From positions 93,434,001 to 93,498,000 of the forward strand of contig OZ024743.1 in assembly GCA_964016885.1 (NCBI GenBank): a DNA stretch of 64,000 bases, in the 5' to 3' direction. The translations under genes and the position numbers were made by a program. The stretch is from Eledone cirrhosa (lineage: Eukaryota). Below the pieces are notes generated by a model. The model ran no database searches and was not told the origin of the DNA. It saw only the letters and a list, made by a program, of their open reading frames with translations. Positions 52,551 to 64,000 of this stretch are shown here, in pieces; position 1 is the first letter of the stretch; every line of letters starts with the position of its first letter.

Positions 52551-53967
52551 TGCATGAGGAATTGCATCAGGTCTGTTTATGTGATAATATCCTACCATCA
52601 CTCTTTCTGTTACCAGCCATCACTAGTTCTCTTTCCCCAAGGTAACTTCTTATTGATATCCATCCCTTTCTCACCATCACCCATCTCTATTACTATCATT
52701 TACTCTCAGAAAATATGTAGCTACCTACCACTACCGTTACTGTTTTTTCTATTATCTTCTCCAGTACTATCTCTTCCTGCATTACTCTCCCGCTACACTT
52801 TGTCTCTCCCATCATACTCTCACCCACAGTCACTCTCTTTCTCATCCCAATTACACAGGTGTGTGTGTTCCCAAACTATAGTAGCCGGCTTAATAACACA
52901 GTGGTAAATGTCTGCTGGCAATAAAGGGATTCTTTTGTTGACTGAAGCTTAGATTGTATGATGTTTGCATACAAAGTGCAATGTTGCATGATGTCAAAAC
53001 ATGGACATTGATTGCAAAGGCTGGAAAGAGGTGAGGCAAGCTGAGATGTTGTGCTGGAGACGACCCAGCAAACATGATGAAATTGGAAGTAAAAATTATG
53101 ATAATCTACATACTATTATTAAAAAAGATTTTGAACCATCATTTTCAATTGCTTATCTACACCTGTTCATCATCATTGTTTTCCATGCTTGCTTGGGTTG
53201 GACGGATCCTACTCAGCACAGCATCTATCCACCTGCCGCATTCCTTTGTCATCTCCTCTGTCAGTCTTAGCATTTGAGGTCAGCTTTCACAACCTCTGTC
53301 CATATCTTTTCTGGTTGTCCTCTACTGCAGCTTCCTTCCACTGGGATTTCCTGGCATTTCTTCAACCATCAGTCATTGTCCATGCGCATCTCCTGCACAC
53401 TATCTTGGATTCCTCTTAAACCCAGCTTCTCTCTCATCTTGTCCAAGCTCTCTTTCTCTCACTGTCATTGCACATCTGATGAAGTTCTATATTAATATCA
53501 GCTCTTAGGGCATGTTAAGACAGACATTTGTAATAGTCTTTTGGAAGTTCTTGTTTCGTCATCTACTTCTATAACACTTGTACTGCTTGTGTATTTTCTG
53601 TAATATAAAAATCAACACATTCCTAATACACTTTACATAGATAATATTTTGTGGTAAATGTTTAACTGTTTGTGCTTGTGTGCACTTGAGTAGGAGTAAT
53701 GATCTTACAACTAAGTGTTAATGGAAAATTGATTCTTTCAAAACTTGATATTGTATTTCTATCAGTGTATTCATTAGACTGCTTCTCTCTGTTTAACTAC
53801 TCAGCCATGGGCACTTTGCTTTTATCACTACCCAGTCCTCTTTACATTAGGTGCCTATTAGTGTACCTATGTCCTATTCTACTTCTACCTCTGCACAATA
53901 GAATATATCCAATCAGTTTTATGCTATGTAATTTGTTGATCGTAACTAAGAAATGATCAACAACTAT

Positions 53968-54152
53968 AATTGTTTCTACTTTAGGCACAAGGCCAGCAAT
54001 TACCCAGTACATTACTGGTACTTTATTTTATCGACTCCCGTAAGGATGAAAGGCAAAGTCAACTTCGGCGGGATTTGAACTCAGATCGTAAAGGGACGTA
54101 ACTATGGTGGAAAGCATGGAGTCCGACCCTCTACCGATACTGCCAATCCACC
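53968..54152 (-). mobile_element. SINE family A with TSD
   Basis: Family A on minus; ATCAACAACTATAAT duplicated on both flanks. Confidence 0.87.
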
Positions 54153-54979
54153 AATCAACAACTATAATAACAGCAAATATGTATATTTATTTATATATTT
54201 GTCTGTCACTCGATGACTAAGGAAGGAAGACGGTAGTGACAAACTATAGAAAACAGCGATCGTGGTTCTAAGATCCGTGACACTCGTATGAATATATGGA
54301 GTGAATTGGGTACTATTGTGTTAGTGTTTGTGTTTATTTTACTTCTGTGAGTGTGTGTGTTTGTGTGAATATATTTATGCTTGTGAGTGTATGTGTGTTT
54401 GTGTGAATATATTTATACTTGTGTGAGTGTATATGTGTTTGTGTATTTATATACTCATGCATATAAATCTATACATATACACACCAAGATATTATCTTGG
54501 TTATCTATGTTAGTTGCAGATAGTTTTTATATATAAAATACTACAATTACTTGTCATTTTTGACGGCACAGGGGACAGCAAGTTCTAATATAATCTTGTC
54601 CCATGGTTCAGTACTTACGTCATTTTACATGTCTAATACTACTTGTAAACTATTGGTTTTCATCTGTTGTGCTGCATTCACATTTCTATATCTTGGCCTG
54701 TATAATGTTAATATACATGGAGCTGTACTGATAAATGTTTATAACTATTTTTACTGTCAGTTTATAAATAAACTACAGTTGAGTGGTTGGCAAATGGTGG
54801 TGTGGTGCAAGGGGAGATTAAAATAAATCGTGGCGTATTCTGTGTGTGATCAGCTTGTTTTGGGTATTTATGTATTTTTAGATAAGACAGTATTTGTGGA
54901 TGGGTTTTTTTTTTGTAAAAGTAAAATGGGAGCAAAATGTATGTTGGTGCAATGTGTGTGTGTGTGTGTATCACGGCCA

Positions 54980-55190
54980 TAACCCTTTAGCATTTAAACC
55001 GACTGTATCTGGCCAGAATTCTCTCATCTCTTTCTGTTCGAACCGGCCATAACTAGCTGCTCATACTTATGTGAAGGTATTATTCTCAAAATGAATATCA
55101 AAATCTTGTAGATTCAATATTATGTGAAGTGATTAGGTGAGATAAAAAAGGGTTTACTGTGAAAATACAATAGTAAATATAAAGTAACAC
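54980..55190 (-). mobile_element. MITE P1 (one end lost)
   Basis: TAACCCTTTAGCATTTAAACC plus family body. Confidence 0.75.
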
Positions 55191-56340
55191 ACATCCTCAC
55201 TTCAAAATTATTTTAAAAATCCAACATTATTTCTGATTAATATGATGATATTAAATAGAGCTGGCTTGTTCATTTACAAAGTTTGATGTTTTGTTTTTCT
55301 GGATTCCTAATCTAGACAGCAGGTGGATTACAGATACCAGATATAATAAGTATTTTCTGTGTTAATATGTGGTGGTGAGTAGGGTCATGGTTGGACACAA
55401 GTCTATCATGAAGTTGGGAGAACAATCTATGGATAGTTCTCCTAATGATTGAAATAACCAGATAAATATATATATTCTACACACTTATGTGATAATTGCT
55501 GTCCTTTAATGATTGACTGCATTATTAACTTCAGGTTAACTTTGCCTTTCATCATTACGGGGGTCGATAAAATAAAGTACCAGTAATGTACTGGGTATTT
55601 GCTGGCCTTGTGTCAAAAGTAGAAACAATTATTAACTTTAATATGAGTGGAAAGCATGGGGTTTGATTCCTGGACCTGGTGGCACATTGTGTTCTTGAGC
55701 AAGAGGATTCATTTTGTCTTTGCTTCTCATGATAGAACTGGAACTCCTATCATTAAAACACCCAAGAAACCTCACATGAGATGCAACCATGTATGAGGCC
55801 AGCTAAACCTGTTTAAGTTTAGTGGAAATAACCTGTGATATCCAAAACCTAGTCATTAGTCATGTCATGCAGATATTCAATTTTTCTCTCAACTGTACAA
55901 ATCCTTTTAATCTCCCTCTTTCTTTTTTTTCTCTCTCTCTCTCCTTGTTTCTTGCACACAGATACACTTTTTGTTGTAATTTGTTTGGAAAACATTCAAA
56001 AGATTTACTATCAAGTGCTATTTCTTTTATAAACCATCACCTAAAGTTTAGTTAATTTATTCAATAAGAGCTTGGCAAGGGTAAATAGATTGCCTATTGA
56101 TTTATATAAACACCAATGCCAGCAATAAAACTTGTAATTTGATAAATTTCATATTACAAAAAAATAATGCTGGAGCAGGTAAAAGAGTAAAATAATCTAT
56201 TTTTGTATGTAAGAAAGATTGATATAATAATAATTGTTTCTACTTTAGGCACAAGGCCAGCAATTACTCAGTACATTACTGGTACTTTATTTTATCGACC
56301 CCGTAAGGATGAAAGGCAAAGCCACCACCAGATTGATATA

Positions 56341-57720
56341 ATAATAATAATAATAATAATAAAGTGTGGAGTCCTAGTGATGAAGAGGGGTAAATCCAGG
56401 TACCAACAGGTGAGATAAAGGAAATTTACACTGAAGAGGGATACAAATATTTAGGTGTTCTGAAGGCAGATGACACTAAGAACAAAAAAAAATGAAGGAA
56501 TTGATAAGATCTGAGTACATAAGGAGAGTAAGGAGCGTATTAAAATCACATCTAAATAGTAGGAATGTCATAAGTGCAGTGAATTCCCGAGCTGTGCCTA
56601 TTATTAGGTACAGTGCGGGAATTCTGAAATGGAATGTTGCTGAACAAAAAGAAATGGATAGGAAGACTAGGAAGCTAATGACTATCTACAATATGTTCCA
56701 CAAGAGGAGTGATGTCGATAGACTCTACTTAAAGAGATCTGAAGGTGGAAGAGGTCTTATCAGCATAGAGGACTGTGTTCAGATGGAGAAAAACAACCTG
56801 CACAGATATGTGACTGACAGTAGGGAACCAATGCTCGAAATTGTACTGAAGGAGAAGACAATAGACCAGGGGATGTCCAAGGAGGAACAGCAACCTTCAT
56901 GAAAAATCCCGTCATAGTACCCTCTTTAGGAAAACTGAATTTTGAGATCCACAGACATGGAAATGTTTAAAAGGAGGAAACCTTAAAAAAGCTACAGAAA
57001 GAATGCTAATGGCTGCGCAAGAGCAAGCCCTCAGAACGAAGTGAGTGAAACACCATATTGACAAGGAGGAGGCTAGCTCACTGTGTAGGATATGTGGAGA
57101 GAAGAGACTATGGCTCACATTGTATCCAAGTGTAAGCACCTAGCTCAGACTCACTATAAAGGCTGGAGACATGATGTGATAGGCAGGGTGATCCACTGGC
57201 ACCTGTGCAAAGTAAACAATTTACCACATTCTGAGAAGTGGTATGAGTCGGTGATAGAAAACGATCAGGTGAAGGTGCTATGGGATTTTAGGATACAGAC
57301 GGACAAGAAACTGGAACACAATAGACCTGACCTGGTGGTTTTGGACAAGGAAAAAAGATTGTGCCTGATTGTAGATGTAGCCTGCTCATTTGACACGCGA
57401 GTGCAAGAAAAGTAGAGGGGGAAAATTAACCGATACCAGGACTTAAAGTGGGAGTTAAAAAGGATTTGGAACTGCCATGAAATCAAAGTCGTCCCAATTG
57501 TCATAGGCGCACTAGGTACTATCTCAAAGAGTTTCCAAGGATGGTTAACGAAGTTTAGTCCAGCCCCGCTTTTTGGAACACTTCAAAAGGCATGCTTGCT
57601 GGGAACAGCAAGAACCCCCCGATACGTCCTGAATATCTGAGGCTGCAGGTAGCGGCTTGATATTCATTTCAACAAACTTTCAATGACTGAGACTCAAAGA
57701 ACAATAATAATAATAATAAT
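56341..57720 (+). mobile_element. R4/Dong-like RLE non-LTR retrotransposon, 5'-truncated, in (TAA)n
   Basis: YKYLG, EYIRRVRSVLKSHLNSRNVISAVNSRAVPIIRYSAG, GGRGL, CRICG..ET..HI.S.C, RHD, HNRPDLVV..IVDVA; (TAA)n on both sides. Confidence 0.87.
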
Positions 57721-57724
57721 ATAT

Positions 57725-58410
57725 TGATTGAGAATTGGGATTATCAGTCTTAGTTGCTGTTGCTTAAGTGCCTTTCTAGAGATTCAGGCCACCCAGCACA
57801 CCTGAGTCAGCCAGAGAATACCTTCTCTATTTAAGGCTTTTAACATCTCGGGGCAAAGTTTATCCTCCCCAGTGGCCTTGCATATTTGAGCTCTTTAACT
57901 GCTCTTGTAACCTCAGCCTCCAAGAAATTAGTCATCGCTCCTGGATGCATCCCGTATACATTAGATGCTGTTGTGACTCTGTTTAGGAGAACAGCAAAAT
58001 ATTCTCAGAGAGCCACAGATGCATTCTTGATAGCAGGCATGGAAGAGGAAATCAGTGGGTGGTCTGCTAGAACACTTTATTTGCTGATCTGTGGTTGGAT
58101 TCCAGCTTAATCCTAAGGTCCTCTGATATCTTAATTTTAGGCACTTTTACTGTCTCTGTTGCAACTTTTCTTGCCTGCTTGTACTGCAAGTGCAGGAAGG
58201 AGGACAGATTTTATGGGTAAAACCAACTGGCATGAGACCCAGAGGTAGACCATAGCAAGATGGATAGATAACATCCATGAGCTTAGGTGGTCTCACTAGG
58301 GGACCCAGCCAGATCAATTGAAAACGGTTGCTTCTAACAGGATCTGCTGGAATGCATGCTTGAAGACTTTGTCTCCATGACCCTCTCAGGAATAAGTAGG
58401 CAAAGATGAA
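57725..58410 (-). mobile_element. RTE family C fragments (RT-upstream piece on minus; 3' end on plus at 58195-58410)
   Basis: Minus LEAEVTRAVKELK..KATGEDKLCPEMLKALNREGILWLT; the plus-strand piece matches the family C 3' end. Another 3' end lies at 61700-61925. Confidence 0.65.
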
Positions 58411-58570
58411 GAATATATTGATATCTGTATTATAAACTTCCATGTACACACTAGTGTGATTTTACTTACGCCAGTTTGTCTAGTTGGACACGCGTCTCGA
58501 ACTGCTATTATTAGTCATGAGAGAGTTAGATTTGAATTTTGATTTGTATTCTATGATACAAAACTGTTTT

Positions 58571-58798
58571 TAACCCTTTAGCATTTAAACCAGCTGTATC
58601 TGGCCATAATTCTCTCACCTCTTTCTGTTCCAACCGGCTGTAACCAGCCGCTCATACTGATGTTAAGGCATTATTCTCAAAATAAATAATATCAAAATCG
58701 CATAAATTCAATATTATGTGAGATAATTATGTAAGGTAAAGCCTTTACTGTGAAAATATAATAGTAAATATAGAGTAATGTAATTGCTAAAGGGTTAA
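58571..58798 (-). mobile_element. piggyBac-like MITE family P1
   Basis: TTAA-CCCTTTAGCA...TGCTAAAGGG-TTAA termini; ~205-230 bp; seven copies in the window. Confidence 0.85.
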
Positions 58799-59282
58799 AG
58801 TGTTGATCTATTGAATAGAAAGTATTTGTTATAGTAAGCATGTGTAGACAAAATAGGCAATCATTGATAAAATAATTATGAAAAATCTGACATCAGTTTC
58901 ATGACTAACAAACTAGAAAGCAGTGCTGTAGATTTTCAGGCCAGTGGTAAAAGTGAGATCTACCTTAATGATTAGTAGCCGTGTGTTTTATTGCCTACCA
59001 TGGCAACACAGTTAATCTAAATGTAGGTTGGTTGAATGTAAAATGGTATTGGATTATTACCAGATATGTTTTGAGGCTGTATGTTTGAAATCTATGTTTT
59101 TTAATATATGTAGTTGTCAGTGATGGGTATCAGAATTATCTTAGATCTACCTCAGATAATCATTCTATTTCTTCTTAAAACCTCCTAAGAAACTGGAGCA
59201 TGAGTGCTGCTTAAAATACATTTACCTAATTTTTTTTACTGCTTGTCTTTGATATTTGAAAAAGTTATATTAACTGATACAG

Positions 59283-59608
59283 TACTCTCGGGTCCCAAAT
59301 AATAGCGGGTGTGTGTAGAATAAACGAGTGAGGGGGGGGGGGGCTTAATTTTTCTAGGTTGTCTCTTGATTTTTTAAAAAAATCAGAATTAGTCATTTAG
59401 TTTACATATTGAGACACCCAACCCATTCTATTTTTTTAATAGCATATGGGATTTCTAGTAATGCACTTTTTTTGCCATGTATAAATACTTTTTTAATGTC
59501 TAAAGAAAATTGTCACAGGAATGCTACCTCTTAAAATAAAATTTCGCCAGAGATAGATTAGCAAAATTTAATAAGCGGGGGTGGGGTATTATTCAAGACC
59601 CGAGAGTA
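59283..59608 (+). mobile_element. TA-flanked Tc1/mariner-type MITE family T1
   Basis: TA-CTCTCGGGTC...GACCCGAGAG-TA termini; six copies in the window. Confidence 0.82.
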
Positions 59609-62163
59609 CATGTTTGTTATTTTTCATTAGGAATTAATTCAGATTTAATTCAAATGATAGGTGTGCATGTATGCAGATCATTGAATCAAAAACATCTTGT
59701 TATGCTGTATTTAAAACTCCTACAGAGATTTCTAGAGAAGTCCTCCTTTATCTCACACTGAAGACACCTCTGCATGGTTGCACTAACAGCCAGAAACAGC
59801 AGCTGAATCTCCCTCAAATCACACCCAACTGTTTTATGTTCATGGAAGTATAAGACTTTAAAATCCCTCCTAGAAAAGCTGGTGTGTACTTTTGACAATT
59901 AGGTGTAGACTAAGGCATATTTAATTGAATCATCATCGTCATCACTGTTTAAGTCCATTTTTCACACGAACATTAGCTGATTGTCCAGTTAGTTGCCCCG
60001 CTGTAAGACAAGTCAGATCAGATCAGATGACTGTCTTGCTCACACTGAACTGTTTCTGGCTTGGTTTAAATGATTTGGTGAAAGCAACTACCAGCAGAAT
60101 TATTGTACACATGACACACAAAGATGTAGACATATGTGTCAACTTAGGTATTCTGTTGAATTATGATAATTGTTTCTACTTTAGGCACAAGGCCAGCAAT
60201 TATCCCACTGTATTACTGGTACTTTATTTTATCGACCCCATAAGGATGAAAGGCAAAGTTAACCTCGGCAGGATTTGAACTCAGAATGGTTGGTGACAGC
60301 TTTTATTGCATTTCCCAATTATCACCCATTAATGGGTGGGCAACTTAAGTGTGTGTGTCTGTGAAATAGTTGAGAAAGCATTTTGACAACTAGCCAAAGA
60401 GATTGATAGTTTCTATGTTGTAAGGCAGTGAGTGACAAAACTGGCATTAAGTGTTTTGTCTGTGTACAGTGTTAACCTCAACTCTCCTTACTGTAAAAAA
60501 AAAAAATGCCCTTTTTCTGAAGGAAAACATTTTCAGTCTTTGTCACTTTTTCTGTTTTTCTCTTTCTGTCTGTTCATTATTTTCTATTCTCGCTCTATTT
60601 AACCATCTCTCTCTCTCTCACTCTCTAGCTGTTTCTAACCTCATCATTTTAGCTAGCTCTAGCTCACAAGCTGTTTCTCAACAAGATATTTTTTTATTTC
60701 TTTTGTGGCCTAATCTAATTTATGACACTGAACCATTAACTTGATTTTTTTTTTTCACTCTTCTCAATAGTTTCATTCTTCCATTTCCAGTTGCTATAGT
60801 CGCTAAATTAAAACAATAATTGCCTTTTGTGGACTTCGCTGAGAATGTTTTTAAACCTCACAGCTTTTTAGATTTTGTTATAAAGCAACAATCATTATAC
60901 TTAATTAGTTATATTAATTACTTCGAATAAAATAGTACTTTTTTTATTTAATCTGCTGTTGAAGAAGTGGGGATAGGGAACTCTGCCAGGATAGTTTGTT
61001 ATGGCTAAATTAAATGAATAGCTGTAGAAATCGGCACTACCCACTCCCCTGTCAGAATTGGGATTACTGAAATGTATAGTGATGTTAACAATGTAGGCAA
61101 TCTTTATACAACTCTTCTCCTATTCCCATTTAGTTTTATTTAAAAAAATGTCTATTGTTATGCACAGACATGTATTTATAGTTTAGAAGTTCACTTCACA
61201 ACCTTTTGTTTTGGGTTCTGTCCCACTGCCTCACAACTTAGGCAAATTTTTTATCTACCCTCTGACAACGAATGCTTTATTGAGCAAATTTGGTAGGCAG
61301 AAATTGTAAGGAAGCCCATTAAGTGTGTGTGTGCTTTTGGCACTGCTTGTGCTGCCGGTGATGTTTTTATGCCCATCTGCTCATCGGTTCAACATTCAAA
61401 GATGAGTGCCTTACTTAACAAAGTTAGGGTTGGCATCAAAAAGAGCATCTAATTATAGAATACTGCTTCAAAAGATCTTGTCTAGCCCATGCCAGTGTGG
61501 ATGTAACAATATAATGATGATGTTATATTTATCTGGGGATATGACAACATAAAAATATGTCGTAGAGACACTGGTAAATTGCTGAGAGGGGAGATCAAGG
61601 AGGGAGTAGACAAAATAATGAAGTTTTCAGTTACTGCAATATCAATGTAATGCAAGTAATTTTTAATTTGGACTCCTTGCTACTTAAAGAATTTTTATTT
61701 TTATGGGTATGTGGTTAAAATGTCTCAGGAAAGAATCTCTGGTCAAATTTTACAGGCAAAAACCAACCAGCAGGACCCTAGGCATAATCTTGGCTGGTGT
61801 TACTTGGGGATCCAGCTGGATCAGTTGGACACAATTGCTTCTGATAGGACCTGCTGGAAGGAGTGTTTGAGGACTCCGCTCTTTCCCCGATGACCTCAGG
61901 AATAAGTGGGCAAAGATGATGATGAACATGATCGTAGTCGGTGACAATTTTCCAAATTATCACCCAGTAATGGGCAACTTCAGAGAGTGTGTTTGTGGAA
62001 TAGTTGAGATGACATTTTAACAACAAGCCAATGAGGTTGATAGTCAGAGTTCTGAGGCAGGAAATGACAGAACTGTGGCATCAATAAGTGTTTTGTCTAC
62101 ATGCATTGCTAACCTCAACACTCTGTATAGTGAAATTTCCCCCTTTTCTAAATATTTTAATTT

Positions 62164-62392
62164 TTAACCCTTTAGCATTTATATTATTCTATATTTACTA
62201 TTGTATTTTCACAGTAAAGGCTTTATCTTATATAATTATCTCACATAATATCGAATCTACGAGATTTTGATGTTATTTATTTTGAGAACAATTCCTTAAT
62301 GTAGGTATAAGCGGCCTGTTACAGCTAATTTGAGCAGAAAGAGATGAGAGAGTTCTGGTCAGATACGGTCAATTTAAATGCAAAAGGGTTAA
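62164..62392 (+). mobile_element. MITE P1
   Basis: TTAACCCTTTAGCATT...AATGCAAAAGGGTTAA. Confidence 0.82.
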
Positions 62393-63673
62393 AGTTAAGA
62401 ATCCTATTAAATATTAGTAACTTTTTCATTACCATCTTTCTATTGAAGCACATTGCCTATGATTTTCAATTAATTTTGAAAATAATCGAATATTTGGAGA
62501 GACTTGGTAATATAATTAACTTTCTCATTATTTATTTTGGTGTTTGGAGCATGACTTAATAAAGATTCTTTAATAGGTTTTTAGATTAATACAAACATTT
62601 TAAAACAAACAGCTCTGTATAATAGATCCAGAGGCAGTTTGGTGTCAAGAGTTCAAATATCAACTAAATAATTCAAAACTGATTGACAGGCAATTTTTAT
62701 ATACTCATATTTAGAGCAGGTTAGGGGTTGGGAAATATAGGTGATGCCTGAGAGAGAGGGATTATGGGGGATGCCTTAGTTCTAGTATAGACATTTAGTT
62801 CATGATTGACTTTGTTTTTACGAATGTATTTTTTATGAGTTTGGTGTTCAATGGTCTTGTTCAATGGTCTTGTCTAGGGCATTTGGTGATCGCTTGCATT
62901 TATTCTGGGTGTGTCTGCATTCACATGTGTGTACTTGCTTATTTGCATATATATATATGTGTGTTGAGGGTAGTTGTTGATGGTGAATAGACTGGTTGGA
63001 GCAATAACTGTCTTGTTTACATATATATATTATAATTTACTTGCAATTTTTATTTGGGGTTACTTTCTAACACAAAGCTATTACTTATTGAAAATGTTGT
63101 ACTACTTTTTATAATCCAGATTCAATTGGTTGAACTATATTAGAAATATCTTGTGTAGTTCTTTCCCAAAGACCTTAATAACTTGTTTTTAACACCAGAT
63201 TTATGATAGCAAATGAATGAGAATAACTCTCCTCCTGAACAGGACACCAGGCTATTGAAGTAGATTTCCCAAGTTCTTTGGTACCTTTTACAGACAAGTG
63301 ACTGAGGTTTGTGGAATGAAGTATACTGCTGAAATGCATGATGCCTGCAATAAATTTGAACTCAACCATAAACTGCTATACTAGAACTATATCCACTTGA
63401 CCATCATGCTTCTATACAGGGTATTGTTGTTGTTTTTTGTGGGGGGGAGGGGTCTTTGTCTCTTCATTGATGTGAAAACATGACACCATCTGCTTGGTGT
63501 GATATATTTACTCAAAGGCATCATAGCAATTTGAAAAACAATTTCTGATTTTGCATTGCGAATCTGTGACTCGTGATGGAATAGTATAGCATTGTATTCA
63601 CTCAACTATTTAATTTTTTAGTTAAAATCTGAAACCTAAGGAAATTGGTGATGGTTGACATTAGCAAATATTA

Positions 63674-63810
63674 GTCCATAGCAGGGTTTATAGAAGAGTT
63701 TCATAAGAATTTCAGTTGTCATAGGGAGTGAAGAATTTTACTTTTGCAGTAAAACTAGGTCCATAGCAGGGTTTATAGAAGAGTTTCATAAGAATTTCAG
63801 TTGTCATAGG
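63674..63810 (+). repeat. 52-bp perfect direct duplication (85-bp spacing)
   Basis: GTCCATAGCAGGG...TTGTCATAGG at 63674 and 63759. Confidence 0.85.
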
Positions 63811-64000
63811 CAGATGAGGTACTAATTAGTTACAGATTGTATGACCTATTTGTAGGCACATGAAACTAATTACTAGAGTGGGTACAAAACAACTATCCTA
63901 GGGGATCAATGAATTGTATTTTACCACTAATACTATATTAGTTCTATGAACAAAGAACCCTGTTCTTTTTATTAGTCATAGTTCATCTGGCCTAATGGAA

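Noticed and set aside
58485-58522. Minus-strand CTCATGA..GAGACGCGTGTC hammerhead-like relic
   Set aside because: Two core mismatches and no convincing helices I or II.
30889-64000. PTDSS1 exon 2
   Set aside because: No segment encoding the expected NIWxG..FFLIISVLAFPNGPF-like peptide was recognised by eye; a short exon could have been missed.

Overview
AT-rich, microsatellite-laden eukaryotic DNA, probably from a coleoid cephalopod (octopus-like; inferred from the SINE/RTE repertoire, not confirmed). The only recognisable host gene piece is the first coding exon of phosphatidylserine synthase 1 (PTDSS1-like, 30698-30888, +). Everything downstream appears to be a >33 kb intron, and no exon 2 was recognised. 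The rest is a diverse set of decayed mobile elements: a Penelope-like element (RT + C-terminal GIY-YIG) with ~450-bp inverted terminal repeats, three RTE-clade families, CR1/Jockey-group fragments, an R4/Dong-like element in a (TAA)n tract, two CRE-like RLE fragments, tRNA-derived SINEs, and piggyBac-like and Tc1/mariner-like MITEs. The most notable unannotated signal is a set of minimal type I hammerhead-ribozyme motifs with palindromic helix III. They lie in the Penelope repeats and in several ORF-less, inverted-repeat-associated units, one of them sense within the PTDSS1 intron. Also notable are a twin-priming-type inversion in an RTE element and a satellite forming from a transposon end. 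All calls were made by eye, without database searches or folding software.
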